Assembly: GCA_963737985.1 (NCBI GenBank) | Contig: CAVTUU010000009.1 | Coordinates: 89,640-153,639, forward strand | DNA: 64,000 nt | Direction: 5' to 3' | Origin: an uncultured Chloroflexia bacterium | GTDB taxonomy: Bacteria; Chloroflexota; Chloroflexia; Thermomicrobiales; UBA6265 | Shown: positions 10,113-17,514 of the stretch, in pieces | Layout: every line of letters starts with the position of its first letter | Numbering within the stretch: position 1 is the stretch's first letter | Program-made: the position numbers and the translations under genes | Notes under the pieces: generated by a model | What the model was told of the DNA's origin: nothing | Database searches by the model: none | The model's input: the letters and a program-made list of their open reading frames with translations, nothing else

Positions 10113-10796
10113 CTATAGAGTTTCGGGGTCGCCGGGAACGCCATAGCCCGGAGCGCCACTTGGATTGAGCGCTCTGGCGATGTAGTCGGCCATTTGCGGT
10201 TTCCAAATCTCCCAAATCGATGCAAGTTCGCCGATGGGGTCTTCCGACCAGTCGACGCGCAGATCGGCGATGGGCCAAGGAGCTTCACCGGCGACCAGCA
10301 ACCCGGCAGAGTGAACCGGCCCTTCCTCTCCTCCGGCCCGCAAACCTGCCTGGAGCGCCGCGATCAAGCGGTCGCCGAGATCAAGATCGGGATCGGTCGA
10401 GAACGCATCGATCATCGCATCCGGCACTTCCGGCACCGCGACCATGTTGCCCGCGGCGACAGCATCGATGCTTTCAACAGTGTGATAGCGGCCCAGGGTT
10501 CGACCTCCAGAAAACGATGCCGTTTCCCCGAGCCGATCCACTGCTGTCAGTTGACGATACTGAATAAGTACCTCTTCACTCACGAGCTTTGACAGAGCCG
10601 CGGACGCAGAAGCGCCCTGCTCCATCATATCGAGCAGGCGCGGTCCAAGCATGGGATCGGTGATGTTTTGGGTGCAGACGGCGCCAACGCCCGATCGCAC
10701 GTGAGCACAACGGGACGCCACTGCTGGGCTCGACGATGAGATGACGATGCCGAAATAACCAGTGCGCGCACAACGCGCGGCAAGTGAGAAGGTCAT
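10113..10796 (-). CDS. DUF1028 family (Ntn-hydrolase-like) protein
   Basis: MTFSLAARCARTGYFGIVISSSSPAVASRCAHVRSGVGAVCTQN is the characteristic DUF1028 N-terminus. Confidence 0.8.
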   Translation of the reverse strand: MTFSLAARCARTGYFGIVISSSSPAVASRCAHVRSGVGAVCTQNITDPMLGPRLLDMMEQGASASAALSKLVSEEVLIQYRQLTAVDRLGETASFSGGRTLGRYHTVESIDAVAAGNMVAVPEVPDAMIDAFSTDPDLDLGDRLIAALQAGLRAGGEEGPVHSAGLLVAGEAPWPIADLRVDWSEDPIGELASIWEIWKPQMADYIARALNPSGAPGYGVPGDPETL

Positions 10797-11221
10797 GGCG
10801 CGGTTAGACGGTCGGCCGGAATCACAGCCGTGGCGTCAATTTCGACCAACCATTCCGGACGGGCAAGCGCAGAGACAACGATTCCAGTTGAAACCGGATA
10901 GACGTCCTTTAACCATCGCCCGACTACCTGATAGACCGGCTCGCGATGGCGGATATCGACGAGGTAGATCACGATCTTGACGATGTCTTCAAGCGCGCTG
11001 CCGGACTCGTCGAGCAACTGTTTGATGTTGGCCATTGCCTGCTCGGTTTGGGCGGCGGCGTCACCAACACCGACCGATTCCGCGGTATCGAGGTTTTGTC
11101 CGACTTGGCCCCGCAGGTAAACCGTGTTCCCCGCCACAACTGCTTGGCAAAGGTCGTTGTCGAGTTGTTGATTGGGGTAGGTGTCGCGGGTGTTGAACTT
11201 CCGGATTCTCCGGTGGCTCAT
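10793..11221 (-). CDS. RidA/YjgF family enamine-imine deaminase
   Basis: 142 aa. ...VYLRGQVGQ...AQTEQAMANIKQLLDESGSALEDIVKIVIYL...VEIDATAV. 4-nt overlap with the DUF1028 gene. Confidence 0.9.
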   Translation of the reverse strand: MSHRRIRKFNTRDTYPNQQLDNDLCQAVVAGNTVYLRGQVGQNLDTAESVGVGDAAAQTEQAMANIKQLLDESGSALEDIVKIVIYLVDIRHREPVYQVVGRWLKDVYPVSTGIVVSALARPEWLVEIDATAVIPADRLTAP

Positions 11222-11239
11222 CTGCCTGACCTCTTCATC

Positions 11240-11385
11240 GCCACACTGAGCGTCCCGTCATTCTGCGCGCTCTCGTCATTCTGAACGAAGTGAAGAATCT
11301 CGTCTGCGCTACAGAGCGTTTCCACCAGAGTGAGATCATTCGACTCCACGCTCTGCGCAGCTCAGGATGTCGAATGAACGGGCGC
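11240..11385. repeat. Palindromic intergenic repeat element, copy 1 (GTCATTCTG...GAAGAATCTCG / GAGATCATTCGACTCC...GCTCAGGATG arms)
   Basis: Duplicated left arm CCGTCATTCTGCGCGC / CTCGTCATTCTGAACGAAGTGAAGAATCTCG and an imperfectly complementary right arm. Same architecture as the element at 22185-22366. Confidence 0.6.
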
Positions 11386-12852
11386 CGTCTGTTTACCTGT
11401 GCCTGGCAAAACGCGATCTGATAAGCCAGCCGACTTTCGCACGAATTCGAGGGGTCCCTCCCAGTCGAAGCTGCGATAGACCGCCGCCAGATTCGCATAT
11501 GGCGGCGATTGCGCAAAGAGCTGGAAGGTCAATCGATGTCCGGCATAGTCCGAATTCAGCAAGTCGCGTGCAAAGGCGAGAAGTTTCCGCCGGTCGCTGG
11601 CCACCCAGTCGTCATTGATCGTGTAGAACTTTTCCATCCAGGGTGCGGTTTCCGGAGCTTCGAACGTGGCAACATCGGGCGTGACGCAGATTTGTCCGCC
11701 GCAAAGTTCGCGGGCGATGTGCATCATCGCCGGCAATTGCGATGACGCCAACACTCTTCCGGTGTACAGCAGCGATTGGTTCGGCATTATGAGACCGCCT
11801 GGGCTCGCTTCCGCCTCAGCGATTGCCGCGGTGAGATGCGCATTGATCCCTTCGCGGAAACAGGCGAGTTGGGCCAGCTTCTCTTGCACCGCTTGCTGCT
11901 TTTCGAGTCCGGTCTGCCGGACGTTGAAAAGCGCGGCTCCGATCATCATGTCGGCCAGTTTCAGTACACGCTGGGTGTATGGGAACGCACTATAGCGGTG
12001 CAGCGTTGCCCGGATGTAAGCGGCGGCCCGCGTAAAGCGATAGAAAAGAACATCTTCCCAAGGTATTTCAACGTCGTCGAAGATCACCAGCGTGTCGATC
12101 TCATCAAAGCGATTCGACAGTGGGTAGTCCTCGATCGAACCATGACCGGCGAACCCGGTTCGACAGATGTGCTTGATGCCCGGAGCGCCCATCGAAACGA
12201 TGAACCCGACCGCGAAATCCGAGAGTTCGCTGTCGCCCCAGTTTGCAATTGTGGGTTTGACGAACGCCTGGTTGGCATAAGCGGCCGCTGTCTCGTATTT
12301 TGCCCCGCGCACGACGATGCCGCGATCAGTTTCCCGCACGACATGCAGCAGCATGTCCGGATCTTGATCCTGCGGTCGTTTAGAACGGTCACCTTTTGGA
12401 TCAGTGTTTGCGGAAACGTGGAACGGATCGGCTTGCACCGCCCGTTCGACATGGCGACGGATGTTCTCGGCAAAGCGCGGATCGACTTCGTTCAGCAAGT
12501 CCTGGCCATCATAGAGCGACCACATCTCGCCAACGGTTTCATCGCCAACCCGAGTGACGACGCCACCGACTTCGTTCAGTACGGTGTCGACTGCTCGTCG
12601 TTTTTCATGCCAGTCCTCGCGGCTGCGCGGCAGTTTTGGTCCGACGGCAAACCTCTCTCCAGTCGACGGGTCAGCATACGTCATCACATCGCGTGTTTCG
12701 GCCTCTCGCGCCATGTCGTAGATTCGCGCGCGAATGTCGACGACTGGTTTGAACGCGGGGTGAACGGTGACGTCGGCAACACGCTCACCGTTGATCCAGA
12801 CGTCCCGACCGTCGCGAATTGATTCCCGATATTCTTCGCCCGTTCGGATCAT
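11362..12852 (-). CDS. 4-hydroxyphenylacetate 3-monooxygenase family, oxygenase component (HpaB-like two-component flavin monooxygenase)
   Basis: 496 aa. MIRTGEEYRESIRDGRDVWINGERVADVTVHPAFKPVVDIRARIYDM is typical of the HpaB family. The last codons run into the repeat element. Confidence 0.9.
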   Translation of the reverse strand: MIRTGEEYRESIRDGRDVWINGERVADVTVHPAFKPVVDIRARIYDMAREAETRDVMTYADPSTGERFAVGPKLPRSREDWHEKRRAVDTVLNEVGGVVTRVGDETVGEMWSLYDGQDLLNEVDPRFAENIRRHVERAVQADPFHVSANTDPKGDRSKRPQDQDPDMLLHVVRETDRGIVVRGAKYETAAAYANQAFVKPTIANWGDSELSDFAVGFIVSMGAPGIKHICRTGFAGHGSIEDYPLSNRFDEIDTLVIFDDVEIPWEDVLFYRFTRAAAYIRATLHRYSAFPYTQRVLKLADMMIGAALFNVRQTGLEKQQAVQEKLAQLACFREGINAHLTAAIAEAEASPGGLIMPNQSLLYTGRVLASSQLPAMMHIARELCGGQICVTPDVATFEAPETAPWMEKFYTINDDWVASDRRKLLAFARDLLNSDYAGHRLTFQLFAQSPPYANLAAVYRSFDWEGPLEFVRKSAGLSDRVLPGTGKQTAPVHSTS

Positions 12853-12858
12853 CGGTCC

Positions 12859-13446
12859 CTACTCCAAGTCTTCGCGGGGCGCGGGATCAGCAGCCAAAGC
12901 TCCGAGTTCCGCCGGCAATGGAGCGGGCGCTCCATACCGCCGGCGCGTGTAGAGAAGCGGTACAGCCGTTTCGTAATCGGCGTGCCGGACTCTGGCCGTG
13001 ATGATGACGTGGGTTGCGGCCGTGTAGCTCTCCGCCAGTTCACAATCGAAGTGGGCGACGGCGCCATCGAGCATCGGCGAGCCTGTTTCTCCGTTCGACC
13101 AAGACCAATGATCGAAGTCATAGGCGGCGCCGTGAAGTGGCCGCCCGGCGAATGTGTCGGCGATATCGGCGTGCTCTTCGTTCAACACGCTGATGGCCAA
13201 GACCTCGTTTTCCAGAATTGCGCGGGCGATTGGGCTCCGCTGACTGATACAAACGAGCACCATGGGCGGATCGGCGTCGAGCGAGCAAAACGAACTCACC
13301 GTCAATCCAAACCGGCCTGCAGGACCATCTGTTGTGGCGACAGTGACACCAGAGACAACATGACTCATCGCCTCAACAAATGTCGCGCGCCGGTTCGCTG
13401 TTTCTTCATCAATTGCGGGAATCACTGTGTCACTCGTCAACGTCAT
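12859..13446 (-). CDS. Flavin reductase (HpaC-like, FMN-binding split-barrel)
   Basis: ...FVEAMSHVVSGVTVATTDGPAGRFGLTVSSFCSLDADPPMVLVCI... Lies immediately upstream of the HpaB-like gene. Confidence 0.9.
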   Translation of the reverse strand: MTLTSDTVIPAIDEETANRRATFVEAMSHVVSGVTVATTDGPAGRFGLTVSSFCSLDADPPMVLVCISQRSPIARAILENEVLAISVLNEEHADIADTFAGRPLHGAAYDFDHWSWSNGETGSPMLDGAVAHFDCELAESYTAATHVIITARVRHADYETAVPLLYTRRRYGAPAPLPAELGALAADPAPREDLE

Positions 13447-13592
13447 GAACTCTCACTATTCTCCTGGCAACCAGCAACAGGGAGGATAGAACACCCGGAA
13501 GTCATCTGTAAAACACATTTACTTGGTGCACAAGATCACTGTTTTCGATGGCCAATTCCTTCCCAACGTGTTGTGAAGGTCGCGAGATTTCG

Positions 13593-14432
13593 CTAAATGG
13601 TGATCTCTCCAGCCTCACGCGCTGCCTGAATTGCGGCAAGCTCTCGTTTTCCTTGCTTTTCCAACGCCGCTAGCCAGCCTTTCTTATAGGGTTGCAGGAT
13701 CTTGACGAGATCGGCGGCGATGGCGAGATTGCGGAACCATTTCCGGTCGGCCGGGACAATGCGCCAAGGCGACTCCTTGGTATTGCATTTAGTCAAGGCA
13801 TCTTCGTACGCCTCCCAATATTCGTTCCAGGAACGGCGTTCGATCCAATCCTGCGCGGAGAGCTTCCACGCTTTTTCCACATCCCTCTCTCGTTCCAAAA
13901 GCCGTTCTTTTTGTTCATCTTCACTAATGTGAAGGTAGTACTTGGCCACAATCGTCTTGTTCTCGACCATGAGCTGCTCGAAGGCATTGATTTCCCCGTA
14001 ACGTTTTCGCCAAATTGATGGCGGTGCAAGTGCCTTCACTCGAACGACGAGGACATCTTCGTAATGGGATCGATTGAAAACGGTGAGCATGCCGCGCCCC
14101 GGCGTGTGCGGGTGGATTCGCCACAAGAAATCGTGTGCCAGTTCCTCCTCTGTCGGCGTTTTGAACGGCTGGACTCTGATCCCTGCCGGATTGACATCCT
14201 TGAAGACGTGCCGAATTGTGCCGTCTTTGCCGCTTGTATCGAGACCTTGGAGGATGACAAGTAAGGCGTGGGTTTTCGCGCCGAAAAGCAGTTCTTGCAG
14301 TTCCCCGAACTCAAGGGCGAGCGCCTCGAACTTGGCTGTCGCCGTCTCGCGATCGAGCCCGCCTGTCTCGTCACTTGCGATCTTGCTGAGCCTGACCGAT
14401 TTTCCCGGCGGCACTTGCACGACGTAGCTCAT
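13593..14432 (-). CDS. Polyphosphate kinase 2 (PPK2) family protein
   Basis: LLVILQGLDTSGKDGTIRHVF (Walker A-like) and FNRSHYEDVLVVRV motifs. Confidence 0.9.
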   Translation of the reverse strand: MSYVVQVPPGKSVRLSKIASDETGGLDRETATAKFEALALEFGELQELLFGAKTHALLVILQGLDTSGKDGTIRHVFKDVNPAGIRVQPFKTPTEEELAHDFLWRIHPHTPGRGMLTVFNRSHYEDVLVVRVKALAPPSIWRKRYGEINAFEQLMVENKTIVAKYYLHISEDEQKERLLERERDVEKAWKLSAQDWIERRSWNEYWEAYEDALTKCNTKESPWRIVPADRKWFRNLAIAADLVKILQPYKKGWLAALEKQGKRELAAIQAAREAGEITI

Positions 14433-14500
14433 CGGCGCTCCTCTTCTGCCTGCGAATCACGAGTCTGGGTCGACATCGCTGCGACCGAACTGCCAATGAA

Positions 14501-15466
14501 TCATTGCGGAGTTTGCAATGACGGCTGTGGCTGCGGTTGAGGTTGCGGCGGCGCAGACGCGGGAGGTTGAACTGCCCGCGACCAGGAACGTCGGGCAAGG
14601 GCGACACCGAAGAGTACAAGCGCACCGCCAATTAGCTTGAGTGGTCCAAACGATTCATTGAATACCCAAACCGAGAAGATCCCCGCCAAAATCGGGATTA
14701 AATACATGTATGGCACTGTCCGCCCAACTCCGCGGCGCTCGATTGCCCATCCCCAAATTGTGTACGCGACCAGCATCGACATGATTGAGGAGTAAAAGAG
14801 CGACGCCCACCCCGACGCATTGACCGCGCCCCAGTCTTGATTGAGGACGGCTGGCAGCGTGAGTGGTAGCGAGCAGACCAAGCCGATCAGCGCCGACCAG
14901 GCGGTTACAACCGGAGAGCCATAGTGCCGGACAAGCGGTTGCGTGGCAAGGCTATAGGCAGAAAAACAAATCGCGCCGGCCAAGCTCAACAAGTCGCCGT
15001 ACACTGGCTTCCCATCGGCCAATTTCTCGCCGACGAACACCGCGACGCCGATCGTTGAACAAGCCACGCCGACCCATTGCATCGTTCCAATTCGCTCAAA
15101 ACCAAGAAACCCGGCGAAGAGCATGGTGATAACCGGACCGAGTGAGACGAGGATCGAAGTCGAAAAAGCAGTCGTGTGATCGAGGGCAATGGTGAATAGG
15201 AGGTTATAGGCGGCGTAGCCCGTTACGCCGGTGAAGAGGAAGAGTAAGTAGTCTTCGCGCCGAATCGTCAGGGGGATATGACGGTAAATCAACCACGCAA
15301 AAATCGGCGCCACCACGATGGCGAACCGACCGAAGACGTATGCCTTTGGATCAATCTGGTCGAGTGCCCGTTTGACGATGATGTTGTTCGCTGCCCAAAC
15401 CACGACCGTGAAGAGCATCGCCCCATCGGCGATGTCAAACCGTTTCGGATCGTGTTCCCGCCCCAT
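14501..15466 (-). CDS. EamA/DMT family transporter
   Basis: About 10 predicted hydrophobic helices arranged as two EamA-like halves. Pro/Gln-rich C-terminal tail. Confidence 0.8.
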   Translation of the reverse strand: MGREHDPKRFDIADGAMLFTVVVWAANNIIVKRALDQIDPKAYVFGRFAIVVAPIFAWLIYRHIPLTIRREDYLLFLFTGVTGYAAYNLLFTIALDHTTAFSTSILVSLGPVITMLFAGFLGFERIGTMQWVGVACSTIGVAVFVGEKLADGKPVYGDLLSLAGAICFSAYSLATQPLVRHYGSPVVTAWSALIGLVCSLPLTLPAVLNQDWGAVNASGWASLFYSSIMSMLVAYTIWGWAIERRGVGRTVPYMYLIPILAGIFSVWVFNESFGPLKLIGGALVLFGVALARRSWSRAVQPPASAPPQPQPQPQPSLQTPQ

Positions 15467-15631
15467 TGAACGTCCAATCCCCTGGCCAAATAGACCAAGA
15501 AGGATAAATGGGATAGCGGAAACCTGCCGTAGTGGTCTGCTAACTCGGCGTATCCAGGAATGGATTAGTCAATCATTAAGGAATCATGGTGCACAGAGAT
15601 GTGCTGAGCAATTTGGGGATTTTTTTCGATC

Positions 15632-16489
15632 TTAGAAGAGTGAGGCGCCTTCTAACTTGAGGAGTTGCTGTTTCACCTCTGGTCCGCCTGCGTATCCACC
15701 TAACGTCGCGTCAGAGCGAACGATACGGTGGCAAGGGACGACCAAAGGAACTGGATTTCGGTGAAGCGCGTTGCCGACAGCGCGTGTTGCGCCCGGATTT
15801 CCGACGGTACGGGCAATGTCCTGATAGGAGCGTACTTGCCCGAAGGGGACATCGGCGGTCGCGATCAGAACGGACTTAGTAAAAAGAGGAAGGCCCGAAA
15901 GATCGATCGGCAGATCGAAATGGTGGCGCTTGCCAGAGAAATACTCCTTGAGTTGGTGGGTTACGATCGACGGCGCTTTCAGATCCGCGACGGCACGAAA
16001 CCCGCGGTGTTCAAGTCCGGCGCGAAACTCGGCCTCCGACCACCGCTTGCCAAAGCCAATCTCGACGAGTCCTTTCTCCGAGACCGCAATATACAACGGC
16101 CCGATTGGACTCTCTATCTTGGCATAGGCAGCATGTAGTTTATGCAGTTTTGGCGGTAACGGCGGCATGGGTGAAATTGTTGCTTCGCCAAGACGTTCGA
16201 GGAGATCGTCAACGCGCTCAAACGTGGTAAGTTCGCCGCGGCAATATGAGCACGTTCCGGTGTGGGTGAGTAGCCAGGATTGGTCAGGGGAAGTCAAATC
16301 GCCGATGACATAGCCGGGCATATTTTCTTCGCAAAGATCGCACGCGTCGACGCCCGGCTGATTTGCGGTGACCGCGAGCGCGGGGCCAGGATCAGTCACT
16401 TCAAGACCCTTCGGCGCGCTCACACGGCGACGAATTGACTTGGTTCGTTGGGTCATTCTTGGATTCGTTGTTGTCATAGCTGCGTCCAT
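15632..16489 (-). CDS. Fusion protein: zinc-binding anti-sigma (ZAS, zf-HC2) N-terminal domain + methylated-DNA-protein-cysteine methyltransferase (MGMT/Ogt) C-terminal domain
   Basis: CDLCEENMPGYVIGDL...LLTHTGTCSYCRGEL contains the H-x3-C-x2-C ZAS signature. The C-terminus has TRAVGNALHRNPVPLVVPCHRIV (PCHR active site). No TM segment. Located downstream of the ECF sigma gene. Confidence 0.85.
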   Translation of the reverse strand: MDAAMTTTNPRMTQRTKSIRRRVSAPKGLEVTDPGPALAVTANQPGVDACDLCEENMPGYVIGDLTSPDQSWLLTHTGTCSYCRGELTTFERVDDLLERLGEATISPMPPLPPKLHKLHAAYAKIESPIGPLYIAVSEKGLVEIGFGKRWSEAEFRAGLEHRGFRAVADLKAPSIVTHQLKEYFSGKRHHFDLPIDLSGLPLFTKSVLIATADVPFGQVRSYQDIARTVGNPGATRAVGNALHRNPVPLVVPCHRIVRSDATLGGYAGGPEVKQQLLKLEGASLF

Positions 16490-16555
16490 TCAGCATTCCC
16501 ATCATACGGCGGGTCGAATAGGCCGCCGGGCGGCCGAAGCTTCGGCCGCCCGGGT

Positions 16556-17179
16556 CTACAAGCGGTCGCCGAAGCAATCCCGCAGTTTTCGGAGCGCCTC
16601 GTGCACATTGGCACGGGCAGCGGCCTCAGTTGAATTGAGATTCGCGGCAATCTCGTCGTATCCCAACTCATGATACTTCCGCAAAACCAAAGCAATGCGT
16701 TGCTTTGGTGGGAGGTTCAGTACGTAGGATTCAACTTCTGCAAGCAAATCCCGGGCGTCGAGCTGGCTAACGGAATCGACCGTCGCGGCAGGAAGAAACT
16801 CTTCCGCCCCGTCCATCAACGGATCCTCTCGGCTCCGTTTCCGGCGGTCCGACAAAAAGGTATTGGTCGCGATCTTATACAACCAGGCCCGGTAGTTCGC
16901 CGTGCAATCAAGCCGTCCGAAGGCACGGTAGGCCTTCATGAGCGTTTCCTGGTAAAGATCGTCGGCATCGGCACGGTTTCGCGTAAGCTGCGTCACAAAT
17001 CGATAAATCTCTGACTGGTGCCTCGTCAGCAGATCCTCGAATGTCACGGGTTGCGTGCCAGGCATGCCTGAGAGTGGCGCTTCGTCAAGCGCCCCAACTC
17101 GTGCGGTTGCCAATGCTTGCATCATCGAGTTCCGTCGCTCCGTCCGACCCGCCCTAACGGCGGCGATGGCCCCGTGCAT
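16556..17179 (-). CDS. ECF-type RNA polymerase sigma-70 factor
   Basis: Region 2 (DADDLYQETLMKAYRAF...YRAWLYKIATNTFLSDRRKR) and region 4 (LPPKQRIALVLRKYHELGYDEIAANLNSTEAAARANVHEALRKLR). The start may be the internal ATG at 17125. Confidence 0.9.
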   Translation of the reverse strand: MHGAIAAVRAGRTERRNSMMQALATARVGALDEAPLSGMPGTQPVTFEDLLTRHQSEIYRFVTQLTRNRADADDLYQETLMKAYRAFGRLDCTANYRAWLYKIATNTFLSDRRKRSREDPLMDGAEEFLPAATVDSVSQLDARDLLAEVESYVLNLPPKQRIALVLRKYHELGYDEIAANLNSTEAAARANVHEALRKLRDCFGDRL

Positions 17180-17514
17180 TTCCGGTTACCGTTCCCCCGT
17201 GAAATCCGACGCGCCCCAACCGCGTCGATCTCCTTCCACAACTGTACAACGCGCGGTCGTGCGTTATGTGAGATGACATTGATAAATCCATAGATTGCCC
17301 GCACCAACTACTGTACGTACACCTGATTTTGCGTTAGGATGTCGCTATCGCGACCGCGAAAATCGGCGATCCGAACCGAACTGTTCACGCATTGAACCGT
17401 CGCGGCCCCGCCTTGGCTTCCGCAGCCAAAAACAGCGCGTTTGATCGAGACGAATCAACCTCAGGCGACGCCGGAGGGTCGCCGAGTGTGCGGGACAAGG
17501 AGGGATGTGCGGCC

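Noticed and set aside
11776-12822. 348-aa ORF on the plus strand, plus similar long antisense ORFs at 34381-35040, 37997-38716 and 40844-41518
   Set aside because: Each lies fully antisense to a gene with clear family motifs (HpaB-like, fabF, NurA-like, enolase-family). Their translations are Arg/Gly/Asp-rich with no motifs. These are typical shadow ORFs of GC-rich DNA.
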